A DNA stretch of 62,155 nt, filler included, from Dugesia japonica (lineage: Eukaryota), in assembly GCA_001938525.1 (NCBI GenBank). It is 6 parts of 6 records of this genome, joined end to end, with 100 filler letters (N's around TTAATTAATTAA, not from the genome) between each part and the next. Parts side by side here need not be neighbours in the genome. Positions count along the whole stretch, not along the records: positions 19,592 to 32,599 come from MQRL01601515.1; positions 32,700 to 42,368 come from MQRL01602106.1; 4 more parts are not named here. One strand, given 5' to 3'. The position numbers and the translations under genes were made by a program. The notes beneath the pieces are model-generated. The model had not been told where the DNA came from. It worked only from the letters and a program-made list of their open reading frames with translations, and did no database searches. Of the stretch, positions 28,004 to 39,774 are shown in pieces (within the stretch, counting starts at the first letter, position 1; each line of letters starts with the position of its first letter).

Positions 28004-28929
28004 ATACCCAACAATTGACAACAACACTTGCAAGTACTGCTTTAATAATAAACTGTGTGTGCATGTTTATGTGTGAATGTGATGACTGATTCTGATGATG
28101 TGTGCGGTTACTGTAAACATAGTCATGCACGTAGATTAGTGAATGCTTTCAAATAGTCATGAACGCTGAGACGCGTAAATAAAATAAAATTGAATATTAT
28201 AATATTCACTTGATATGATGAACTATCTAATTCATGACATTTTAAGTCTAATATAATAAAACAACGAATTGATTTAATACATTAATAAAATTTATCGTTT
28301 TAAAATACAATTTTCAATGTTGTTTTTATTTGAAAACTTTAGTTTGTAAAAGTAAAACTAGAAAAAATTCATCAAGAATAATATTAATGCAATGTTTATA
28401 TTTTTACTTTCAAAAAGAAAATTCCTTACATTATTGAGTAGCGGTTTAAACAATATCTAAATTTTTTAATTAAAAATTTCACAATAAATTTGGGAGTACA
28501 TAAATATATTTCAAATCATTATAAAACAATAGTTATTAAAACAAAATCACCTATATATATTTAATTGATATGTAACCTAAATAAAACAATTGGTTTCAAA
28601 TTTTGAAATGAATAATTGAGAGAATTGTACGTAATTATTAAGAAAAGTTCGGTAATAAATAAATTTATAAATATTTATATAGTTGATGTTCATTGAAATT
28701 TTGATATTATAAATTAGATTTTACGTTTTGTTTTTCTACACTATCGTAATTGTTTAGATAGTTTTATGAAAATTTTAATAATATATTGCTGTATTTAAAA
28801 AGTAAAAGGACTTTTTAAATACACTCAAACCTGTTTTGTGCGTTATTTTATGCGGTCCATAAAATATTATGTATTTTGATGGACTTCATATAAAATCGCA
28901 GAAAAACAGATATGAGTGTGAAATAATCA

Positions 28930-29150
28930 TGCATATTTCTTTTGCCTTCTTCTCTAAGTAAATCCCCTCTCGTACGAAGACACGTTTATCAACGTTGAAT
29001 CCAATCTTCGAAACATTTTTTATATTCAATTCTGTAGAATTTTCATCAGCGCATCTTTCGATTTTTGTTTTCTTGATTTCATTGACTCAAATCGGTTTTT
29101 TTCAAAGTAGTTTCTTTATTTGTTGAATGTTTGGTGAGAAACTCATGAAT
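28930..29150 (-). mobile_element. Mariner C-terminal relic
   Basis: CFEDWIQR...RGD-like tail typical of mariner transposases. Confidence 0.55.
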
Positions 29151-29978
29151 GATGATTACAAAAAATTAATGATTTTGGAGTGCGTTTTGCTGCTAAACGT
29201 GTAAAATAAAGATATAATAAAAAATATAATTAAATATATAAAATAAATAAAAATATTAATGTTGACATACTTAGAGGGATTATTACCATAGTAAATCAAC
29301 AATGCATGAGTTTAGTGGCTGAACTTAAATAATACAATTATCCCAAAAAATATATTTTGTTATAAGATTTGATCCTATATTCCTTAATATATTTATAATA
29401 AATAAAACAATATTGATATAAATACACTAAATAGTACTCCTTATTTTACTGTTAAAAATAAATTTACTTTTAAAATTAATGTATTATCAAACGTAAAACA
29501 ATTATTACAAGTTGAATTTAAAAACCAATGTATTATTAAACGTAAAACAATTGCAAAATATTGAGCCTCAGTTGTGAATCTAGAGGAGATCCAAAATGTT
29601 GTACAGCTATGAAATGGTAGTTTTCTGAATTTAACAACAGTATTTTTACTAAAAATTGACTGAAAATGGGAACAATTAACCGCCAATTTTTATAATAAAA
29701 TCATTAAATTTATATTTGAAAAAACAGAAAAATTTTAAATCAATTTCCGATCAATTATTGAAATTTTCATGCAGTAATAATCATTGGGAATTATTTGCGA
29801 TTGTCACTGTTTACAGATTAATTAAAGTTTATACATAGAAATAAATAAAATAAATTTTACAAGTTTGTAGAATAAAAATAATAAAATAAAACTTACAAAT
29901 TTGCAGAGTAAAATAATTGTCAGAATTCAATAATCATAATATTCGAAATGAAATTAAATGCTCAGAAATAAATAATAT

Positions 29979-31392
29979 TCAGTCAAAATAGTCAAATTGA
30001 TAATAATAGTCAAAATAATCATATTGAATTGTTGAATGATTAAGCTTCTTGGGTATTGATCGAATATCGAATATTGGTTGATTTGAGTATCTGGTTCTTG
30101 TATATGTTTTTGTTATGGTTTGTATTTTCCCCAACAAATGTTCCCCTTCGAAAGAAGATGCATCTGCATCTTGAGTAAGAAATAGGGTAAAGAATGGACA
30201 TCCCATATCATGTAATCCGGAGGGTATTGTATTCGAGCAAGGTTCGTTGAATATACAAGGGTTAAATTCTTCTTCAATATTTGGCAAGGTAGGATATTGG
30301 GACGTAGGTATTGAAAATATCTCAAGTGGTTATCTTTGTCTGGTGGGGTTGTAAATTTTTGGTTCCTTTCCTATTGATTTTTTACAATTATCTGCTATTC
30401 TTTTTAATTCTTGTTTTTCTCTTTTTTCTTCCTTTAGAATTTCCTCGTAATGTTTGAATAGGGGTGCGTATTTTGGTAAATCACCTAATAGTTTTTGAGT
30501 AATAATTTTAATAGTAGTGATCTTTTGGCCAACGTATAGGATTGCATGTCCTGCTTCTACAGTTTCTGATGTTATCGATTGGACTTCTGCAACGAATTCA
30601 TATGGTACTTTAAATATTGGTGATTGAAGTATACCCTTTTGTTGTTTACCGTCGATGAGATGATTATAATAACGGCCCGTTTGGTAATATAATCTATGGG
30701 GTAATATATCTTTGTGATGGAGCAAGTTAAACTGTGAGGCGGTTTTAGTCGTACGAAATTTTTTAACAAATTCAAAGCGATCTGGTATCTTGATTCTGGT
30801 GTTGAAACGTCTTAGTTCATTATTAAGATGAAGTTGCATGTATCTTTATCCTTTTTAGATTGATTCACTATTTTGACCGTGCACATATCAGTTTGTATTT
30901 GGCTGATAGATATGAGATCTCTCTGGATAGTCATTGTTTTTTCCGACCAGATCTCCAAATTCGAAGATATCCTCTTGATAATATAAAGGTAGGTGGTGTG
31001 CGGTTCTTGTAAAATTATTGAAGGAGACTTTGAGGGTTAGTAACATACTAAGTTGTTGTCCTACTTTTAATGGTGGCATTTTTATGAAGAAAACTCTCTT
31101 AGGGTGGAAATCATATATTCTACATGAACGGCAAACTGGACAAGGGACGAGATTTAGATTGAAAAGGAGGAAGGCCTTAAGTATACAATTAAAGCAAAAG
31201 AAATGGCCGAATTCTAGGATTCGAGGAATTTCAGGGTTGTCTAAACAATGTCATCTGATGTATAATACATAATATTTGTGACATCGTCCCAACCATAAAT
31301 TAGTGGATATTTTTGGACGAGTTTTTTACATATAAGATTATTTTACAATTGTTGTGTAAGTATATTTTCCTTGCAGCTAATTCAGGATCCAT
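29979..31392 (-). pseudogene. Intronless, disrupted RNF10/Mag2-like C3HC4 RING protein (about 470 aa when reconstructed)
   Basis: MDPELAARKIYLHNNCKIIL / PLIYGWDDVTNIMYYTSDD / CLDNPEIPRILEFGHFFCFNCILKAFLLFNLNLVPCPVCRS...KRVFFIKMPPLKVGQQLSMLL. Track ORFs 30888-31079, 30330-30839 and 29979-30287 share one frame, separated only by stops. Confidence 0.72.
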
Positions 31393-31466
31393 CTCTAAAA
31401 ATAAATAATGTAATTATCTGTACATATTAAATACTTATTTATACGTATACATATATATAAGAATAA

Positions 31467-32194
31467 TTATTTGGTTATGGATAGAGGTAGCTCTTGCCTA
31501 TCTTCTTCGAGGGCTATGCTGTCATACATTACGTTTGCGACTATGAACTTATATTTATTGTCTATTCTCTTTGTGCCAAATGTTACGTATGCCTCATCAT
31601 TAGTTAAATCTTTTACGGTGACTGTGGTATTTAAAGATTTTTCNCTCATAATGCCTGACATGTCTATTAGAAACTTTCCAATGTCTAATATTTTAATATT
31701 AGGGTCAAGTCCAAGTTCATCGTCACTGTCATCATTATCACTCGATTCATCGTCTGTGAGATACTGTATAGTCTCTTTACAGAATTGTACTTCATCAATT
31801 GTCAAATCTTCTAATGACTCCGTTCATGGTTCTTTTCTTTCGTGATTGGATTGAGCTTGAATCTTCACTGCTGTATCTATCCTCGTCTGAATCGGTATCA
31901 CTATCAATTTGTATTGGGCTTCCAGGTACACTTGTCATCTGCATATCATACTCATTATCTTTATTTTCTCTTCGTTTCTTAGGTGATGACGCATTATTGT
32001 CAATATCTGATTCTTCATCAAGGTCAACGCCGCTGTACTTTAATCTCTTAGTACTGTTATTCTGGTTTATATTAGGTTTTGCATGATTGTCTGTAGGAGA
32101 TTTAGTTTTGTTTATGGATTCATAGATTTCATTTTTATCCTTTCTCTGCAATGCTACGGGCCAGTAGTTAGCTGTAGGAGGTAATTCCTCTCAT
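31467..32194 (-). pseudogene. Intronless acidic/Ser-rich protein of about 240 aa with NLS-like PKKRR; two frameshifts; no recognised family
   Basis: Reconstructed M/EELPPTANYWPVALQRKDK...SPKKRR...DSDTDSDED...RKKRTM/TESLEDLTIDEVQFCKETIQYL...ELPLSITK*. Single-base shifts near 32190 and 31825 join the track ORFs. Confidence 0.6.
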
Positions 32195-32599
32195 AAATAA
32201 AAATATTAAAATACATCAAAATATATAACAAAAAATATAATAACAAATAATAACAAGAAATATAATAAAATGTATTACATATTCTATTCTATTTTTAATT
32301 TTTTATTAGATTTTATTTGTTTTATATAGTTTTATTATACATTTTATTATATTTGTATTAAATTTTTTATTATGCATTTTTAAAAAAATGAAATATATAG
32401 CAAAAAATATAATAATAAATAGTAGATGGATAGTGGCGGATGGCACCACGCACACTTTCAGCAGAACCCCCCCCCCGACGTAATCGGATTATTACATAAG
32501 TGGTTCCATTTTTTCTCTGTGTATCTAGTTGGCAAGATTATTTGCACACAAATTATGTCATCAGATTAATTTCATCGCCGGGAAAATTTACGTAATAGG

Positions 32600-32699
32600 N
32601 NNNNNNNNNNNNNNNNNNNNNNNNNNNNNNNNNNNNNNNNNNNTTAATTAATTAANNNNNNNNNNNNNNNNNNNNNNNNNNNNNNNNNNNNNNNNNNNN
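32600..32699. other. Artificial 100-bp contig spacer
   Basis: N44-TTAATTAATTAA-N44. Confidence 0.97.
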
Positions 32700-32896
32700 C
32701 TTAGTAATATTTTCAGTAAATCTATATGAATTTATAAAATCTGGTTATCCAAATAAAATTTTGACTTGAAAAAATACAAACTAATGTCTCAATTGATAAA
32801 TAGATAGTTATAATTTACACATGGCTGGCAACAATTTTTATATAGTTTACTAAAAGGTTTTATCAAAATTTTGGTTTTTTTATTGATATTGGATAA

Positions 32897-32933
32897 CAAT
32901 TCGATATTTCGACCTTGTCTTCGTCAGGAATGA
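32897..32933 (-). ncRNA. Minimal type I hammerhead ribozyme, near-identical to 246-282
   Basis: Minus strand reads cATTC-CTGACGA-A-GAC aag GTC-GAAA-TA-TC/GAAT. Confidence 0.75.
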
Positions 32934-32981
32934 ACTTTTTTAAATTTTCTTTTAATCAGAGGTTGTTGTAATTAGTATATA

Positions 32982-35106
32982 TAGGGTGATTATATGCTTG
33001 TATGTGACTACAATTTATTCATTACTTAATAAAATTGGTATATAAATGCTTAGTCTTGATGCATATTCATTTGATAAATTAGTAAGAAGTCAAATAATTT
33101 ATTTGAACAAATTAATTCTACCTGGTACTATGTGTGATATTAATTGACTTTACTCTCTTACACTGGTTTTACTGTAACACATGGGCTTTACTGTGACCAT
33201 CAGTTTTACTGTTACACATTAGTTTACTGTATCACCTATGATTTACTCTATCACATTGGCTTATTGTACTAATATGCTTACTCTATGAATGGTTTTACGG
33301 TGTTCCATTGGTTTTACTCTATTACATTAAGTTACTATACTTATTTATTTATGAAGAAGATTGAAAATAATTGTATGATAAAAATAACACACATAGACTG
33401 TGCTGTGTTCATTGATTAATAGATTTATTTACTGTATTTGCCTAATACGTAATACACACAAATGTGTTTTGCTGTATACAACTCGATAATTCGGTAAACT
33501 TTTCAAAAATACGATCAACAGTTACGTAATATACAACAATGTGTGTCTTCGGATTTTTCCATTGGAAAAGTTATGTAATAAATTTTTACACACAAAGAGG
33601 GGGGTTACTGAATGTTTGCAGAGGCTGACAGCTACTATCCATCTACTTACTCTATATTTTCCTGATTTACCTCTATTTAGCTATATTTTCCCTTATTTTC
33701 CACCATTTTTTATTATTTAGCACTATTTAGCTATATTTAACATATTTGTACTATTTTATATTTGGTTTTAATGCATAGTTTCATAGACCTCATTTCAATA
33801 ATCTTTATATAGTGTCATAAATTAATAAAAGAAGACAATAAGACTGAGTGAGACCTAGTATGATATGCATTTTTATTAAAAATAATAAAACTATTTCATT
33901 ATATTTTAATCATCTGATTACCCTTGTGCTTCTTTGCTTGCCCTTTGGTTCCCTGCTTGCTCTTGGGTAATTATATGTTGATTTTTCTTTTAAATACCTT
34001 ATATTCAGATACATTGTTAAAGAATAATAGTTCAACATGGTTAATATGGATCTCATCATTAAAAATATTGATCTTAATATTGAAAATATAGGTTTAATGG
34101 GAAATATGGGTTTAATGGTAAACATGGGGTTTTATCATGAAAATACGGTTTTAACAAGAAAATATTGGTTTTATAATGAAACTATTGATTTTATCATTGA
34201 ATATAAAATATAAATAAAAGATATAAAAAAAGATATATAATTTACTAACCCCGTGAAATTTAATCTGTAATTTTATAGTAGTTGATAAAAATTATCTGAA
34301 ATTGCACAGTAGTCTATAAAAATGTTAGGAAATTGCATAGAAGTCGATGAAAATTTTATGAAATTGCACAGTAGTCGATAAATATTTCAAAGTCCTATGT
34401 AGAAAAATGGGAAAATAATTCAATTATTGCATAGAAGTCTCCAAATATTTTATGAAATTACACAGTAGTCGATAAAAGTTTTATGAAATTGCAAAGTAGT
34501 CGATAAAAATTTATGAAATTGTATAGAAGTATTAAAAATTTTTATGAAATTTACATGAAATATGCAAGATGAATGAATAATAGGTTGCATTACATACAAA
34601 GTATTTGTCCAGTACAAGTGTGAGAATATTGCAATATGAATTCCACTCACTCGACATTCTAATATTTCTCAAGGAAATAAATAAATGAAAATTATTGATT
34701 CTAATACTGATAAGTTTCATGACCCACTAATTCTTTCATATAATTACTTGGTAAAAATTTGTTTCAATTGTTAAAATTGTAAGGGAGAATATCTTAAGAT
34801 ACACAATACTTGTTACAAACAGCTATTTCAACACAATACTAGCTATCATCAAGTCTTAATACATAATGCTCGCTACCATTAAGTCTTAACATATACAATA
34901 CTTACCGTCTTTAAGTATTACTATACACAATACTCGATACCATTACGTCTTAACATTTTACAATACACACTAACAACAGCTCTATCAACATAATACTCGC
35001 TACCAACAACTCTTAACATATAGAATACTCGTAATCATCATTTACATATTAATTATTCAGTTGATGGTTTAATCTGTTCATCACTTATTTCCAATAGTCA
35101 ACCCTA
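32982..35106. mobile_element. 2.1-kb non-coding element with short imperfect TIRs and five internal tandem arrays
   Basis: TATA-TAGGGTGATTAT at left, ATAGTCAACCCTA-TATA at right. Arrays of about 19 bp (33145-33340), 10 bp (33650-33760), 18-22 bp (34035-34180), 30-31 bp (34250-34560) and 31-33 bp (34800-35035). Confidence 0.6.
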
Positions 35107-37088
35107 TATATTCATACTAAATATATACTTTGCAACCAATAACCGATTATTTCTTCACATATTTTCAACTTAATATAGAAATGTCCTTTGACAATAGACC
35201 TTTCAATGTGCTTTATTAACCAATTAATCATATACTTGTAATATAAATTTACTCTTTCATTCATTGAAATTCTAACCAATTATTTATATTTACCTTAAAA
35301 CATTAATTATTTAAATTTTCAAAGAAATTTTAAAGAAGAAAGAACAGGATAAATAATTAAATATTAATTAAACAGTACATTTACTGTTTAATTTACTGAA
35401 GAACAAAGACCTGCAAAGAGTGAGAAACCATTGATATTTAATGATCAGTGCACAGCGATCAGAACTCTGATGACTAAATGCCAGTGAACAGTGAGATAAC
35501 CAAGAAGTGAGAAAAAATATCAATGAAAAGTATATTATCATCCAAATTCACATAAAAAATTAACCAAAATTGACCTTATCGAATAAATTATCATATTTTA
35601 TGTTCCTCTGAGACTCCCAAATTAAGTACTTGTTTTTTTCAATAACTTTTTATCTATAAAGTTTGGTTGTTTTTAACTTTGTTATTCGTGATCAGCAAAA
35701 AATTCTATATCGAATAGATGATTTTATTATAAATTTTGAGTTACTTTTGATATTTTCAAAAAAATGTTACCAACTCTGTGAGGACGGGTGTACATATTTG
35801 TTAGAAAGCATTTTTAGCAAAACGATATTTTAATTTTGTACAGTCACTTTTTCCTTCGGAGTAAAATAATACCAAATTTGAAAACATACGAGTTATGTAC
35901 GCAGAGAAAATTTAGTATAAAAATTCAAAATTTGAAATTTTTTCACGACAAAATCACATTTAAAGTATTAACTTTGGCGATTTTAGGTTAACATATTTGG
36001 AATCAGCAAAAGACTCTCTATCGAATAGACACTTTCTTCACTTATTATTTTAGAAGAAGAGGTGTTGCAAGAAGAATAAGCACATGTTGGGGGATCCATA
36101 GACGAATTTGTTATTGAAACAGATTTGTGCAGATGTCACCAGATTTTGGAATTAGATGTTTCAACATTTAACATGAGAGAGATAATTTTCCCAGATACTT
36201 TGGTACAAAACTGATTAAAATAATTGAAGAAATGAAGGATATAGAAACTCAGTTTGGAATGCATGTAGAGTTCATTAGAGATCATAAAATGAAAACTTGT
36301 TGTTTTAAAATTTGTTTAAAAATGAAATTTATAGTTTGTTTTTGTCTTGTCTTAAATAAATCTTGGAATGAAAAGTGTTTATTTTTTCAATACAAAGATG
36401 AATGTTAACAACAATAGAATGTGATATTTGCTACAAATTAGACGCTGATGAAATTATTGATGAATATCCTGTTATAAAAGCAAGAAAAATTATAAGTTAG
36501 AAATAAGTCTGAATTATTTATGTAGATATAATTATTATAAATGTGTGTTTTGAAAAGCGAGTTGAAATATTTGTGTGATTGGTGATTATTTTTTTAAAAA
36601 TATTTTTTTTTAAAAAAATATTTAATTTATAGATGAAAAATTTACATAACGAATATTTGGTTTTAAATTTTGAATGAAAATTAAGTAATAAATTAAAATT
36701 TTTGAATGAACGAATATTTGGCTTTAAATTCTAAAATGACGATTGAATAATAAAGTAAACCTTTTAAATAACTTAAAATAAATTTTAAATAATTTGAAAA
36801 ATGGTCACCAACTAAAACACGGGATTTTAACTTCTTTGAATAAACAAATGGTGTTAGTTATAGTTTCCTATTTGTGAATAAATTTTCAATGGAATTGAGT
36901 TTTGATATTAATGATCCGATGAGTACTCCAAACTCATCTAACAATAAACAAATACGATTTCTGTTATTCCTAATTTATTTTGTTATATACTTTTAATTTT
37001 TATCATTTATTTTCATAATAAATTGTATTTTTATTTACATATACATTATGTAATTCATATAAGTAAAAAAAATATTTTCAAATATGTT

Positions 37089-38318
37089 TTAAGTGTATGA
37101 ATTAATTTAAATGGATTGTAAATTGATTGTCGTTACAGTATTATATCACATCGATTAAAATTCTTGCCATCTTCCTGTCAAATAAGCATTATCTAACTAC
37201 AGTTTTCAGTATGCTTAATTTAAAATTAATGTAATATTTGTTTTCATTTTTAGTATTAATTATGTTGAAATGTATCCCAAAAAACGTAATTTACCGGAAG
37301 CCTTGCTTTTTTGCTTTCGTTTGAAAAATATTACTATGGAAAGTCAACAGATGCTATCAGAATTATATTGGAATTGCACACCGTTGATTTCAAACTGTTC
37401 GGATTGGTTTCGCCTGCTTCAAAGTGGTGTATTTGACACAGGTGGCAAGGAACGTCCAGGACAACGAAAGAAAATTGGAGGCTTTAATCAATCAAGACTC
37501 AACTGTAACGCAAGAACTGCCAAAATTATTAAATGGTAATTAATCAACAATTTCTAGACGTTAGAAAACTATTAAAATGCAAGAAAATTGGGTCCCGTAT
37601 ACGTTGGTGCTAAGAGACGTGGAAAAACATAAAATAACTTGCAAAATAGTTCTTAAAAGGAACAAAAAACGTTTTTAACATAGTATCATCAAAGGTGATG
37701 AGAAATGGATTTGATTCTATAATCCGAAGCGCATGAAATCATGATACAGGTCAGGCAAACCATTAAAATCGATTGCAAAAAAAAATATTCACAGTACCAT
37801 ACAGAACTCTTAATTTGATGGAATCGTATGGGAGTAGTTTATAAAAATCAATTAATTCAAATTAAATGGAGCATTAATAGAAAAACAGTCAGATTACAGG
37901 AAAAAGCACGACAAAGTATTTTCACAGTACGCCAGCCATCATCTACATACTGCAAAATTTGCCAAGGACACGTTAGAAGTACTTTACTGTGAGGTCATAC
38001 CACACCGTAGTATTGCTCAGATATTGCTCCTTCGAATTTTCACCTATTCCGATCAACGACACATGCCCTATCCATGCAGTACTTCCACTCTTATGAGGAT
38101 TCCAGAAAATGGGTCGAATCGTGGATAGCCTCATGTCGCGTTCTTTCGCAATAGAATCCACCTTTTACCAGCAAGCTGGGGGAAAGTAGTGGACAATGAT
38201 GAACAAAAATTTGATTGAGATATTGGTAATCCGTTTTTATGATAAAGTTGTATTTATCTACTTTTATATAAAAAATAATGTTGTATAAAAACCATTTAAA
38301 ATTAATGCATACACCTAA
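37089..38318 (+). mobile_element. Full-length decayed mariner (about 1.23 kb)
   Basis: TIRs TTAAGTGTATGAATTAATTTAAATGG / CCATTTAAAATTAATGCATACACCTAA, TA at right. Motifs WVPYTL, GDEKWI, YCSDIAPSNFHLF. Confidence 0.9.
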
Positions 38319-38709
38319 TATAACTGATTAAATTATTTTTGTCATATATGCATTTTACCTCGGTTCTCCTTAATTTTTCGCGTTTAAATATTTACTGACT
38401 ATTACTTTAATTCTATGATGTATCAATCTCTAAATGTAAAAATTGTTACTAATTTTACAAATCAAAACTTTAATTCATTGCAAATTAAAAATAAAGTAAC
38501 AAATGTAATTAAAAGATTAGCTGGGAAAATTCAATTTAAGCTTGTATCATTTAAAAAAAATACTTAGTAAAATTAAGCACAAGATATCTGAACCATATTT
38601 AAAATAAATTTTTAATGAATCTACAATTATTACAATGACACTAAATAAACTTAAATTCAAGTTAATTGTTTGATGCCAATGTTAGAAATATTTGGAATAT
38701 ACTTAGACA

Positions 38710-39774
38710 TTATTTACAGTGAAATCTATGATAAATCTGGTAAAAGATTTCAATCGTTCTTTTTCTAAATACTTTTCCCGCGGCACAATAAAATATCCAA
38801 TTACTGCATGCATTTAAGTAGCAAATCGATCGAAACAAATAGTAATAAAATTTATGACTGGAATTTGAAATAACTTTTGCTTGAACTGTAAAATTAAGAA
38901 TCATAAAATATATAAGCAGCGGATATGTAGTAATGATATACCAAATATTCATTGATATTAATAAATATGTGACATGATTTGCTGCATCACGTTTAGAATT
39001 TCGTTTTTGAACATCATGAATATTTATTTCTCTTCGAATTTCAATATTTCCTAATGAAGGATGATGATTTCGCATATTAATATCTGTGCATAAACTATTT
39101 ATTGATAAAGTCTTAACTTTTATATTACTTTCAATTGGCTGTCGAATAGTCCAGCAAATTATTACTGTAGTAAAAGTCATTGCACCAAGCGGAATTACTC
39201 CCCACAAAATCATATCGCATAGTGATGTTACTTCAAAATAATCACTGGATGGTGGATCACAATCTCCTTCTCGTACTCGCCAGTAAACAATATAATAAAT
39301 ATGCGGAGATAATAGCAAAATAGTAACAATTGACCATATGATTAAGGTTCTTTTAAAAGGAAACAAATATCGTGCTCGAATTGGAATTATAGTAAAAACA
39401 CATCTTTGTACGGACATGAGAGCTTGCATATAAGCTGACCAATAAAAGAAGTAATTAGATAAAAAGGTATGCAGAGCACAAAATACATTGTTAACGTCTC
39501 TTAAGTCAAATTTAAAAAATACCTTACCAATCATCCACAACGTTTCAGTACAAATTATCATCATATCTCCAATGCATATACTCACTAACCACAATAACAT
39601 TGATTTGGGAAATAACTTCGATAAGTACAAAAATATTAAACAAAAAACTGTGCCCAGTAGTCCAATTATTGTTACAAATATCAAGTACCATCTTAAAAAG
39701 TAAAAACAAAGGTATGAAAAAGAAACACTGTCTGATTGACAAGATTTTGAAATTACAGAATTATTGAAATCCAT
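38710..39774 (-). CDS. Intronless rhodopsin-class GPCR, 354 aa, peptide-receptor-like orphan (FMRFamide/Srw-like group)
   Basis: Intact ORF with seven hydrophobic segments, TM2 GD, Cys atop TM3 and in ECL2, SVQRC at the DRY position, TM5 IPL, TM6 TTYP, TM7 LNACSNWIFYC...FR, and N-terminal NNS sequon. Confidence 0.93.
   Translation of the reverse strand: MDFNNSVISKSCQSDSVSFSYLCFYFLRWYLIFVTIIGLLGTVFCLIFLYLSKLFPKSMLLWLVSICIGDMMIICTETLWMIGKVFFKFDLRDVNNVFCALHTFLSNYFFYWSAYMQALMSVQRCVFTIIPIRARYLFPFKRTLIIWSIVTILLLSPHIYYIVYWRVREGDCDPPSSDYFEVTSLCDMILWGVIPLGAMTFTTVIICWTIRQPIESNIKVKTLSINSLCTDINMRNHHPSLGNIEIRREINIHDVQKRNSKRDAANHVTYLLISMNIWYIITTYPLLIYFMILNFTVQAKVISNSSHKFYYYLFRSICYLNACSNWIFYCAAGKVFRKRTIEIFYQIYHRFHCK

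Noticed and set aside
31018-32086. Plus-strand ORFs 31018-31272, 31471-31845 and 31799-32086
   Set aside because: They are antisense shadows of the minus-strand genes.
29979-32194. Parvovirus/densovirus or PEVE-type endogenous element
   Set aside because: No HUH or SF3 helicase Walker motifs and no capsid/PLA2 motifs in the reconstructed proteins.
32421-32434. AGTAGATGG as a Polinton/Maverick terminus
   Set aside because: Similarity between the two copies continues on both sides of the motif, and no TSD or Polinton core gene is visible. Not excluded for the wider family.
33910-34125. 71-aa ORF with IKPIF repeats
   Set aside because: It overlaps a tandem array whose upstream units are 19, 20 and 22 nt, which do not preserve frame. 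Probably incidental.
34250-35035. 30-33 bp arrays (and the 38-bp array at 16256) as CRISPR
   Set aside because: Units are head-to-tail with no unique spacers, there are no cas genes, and the context is eukaryotic.
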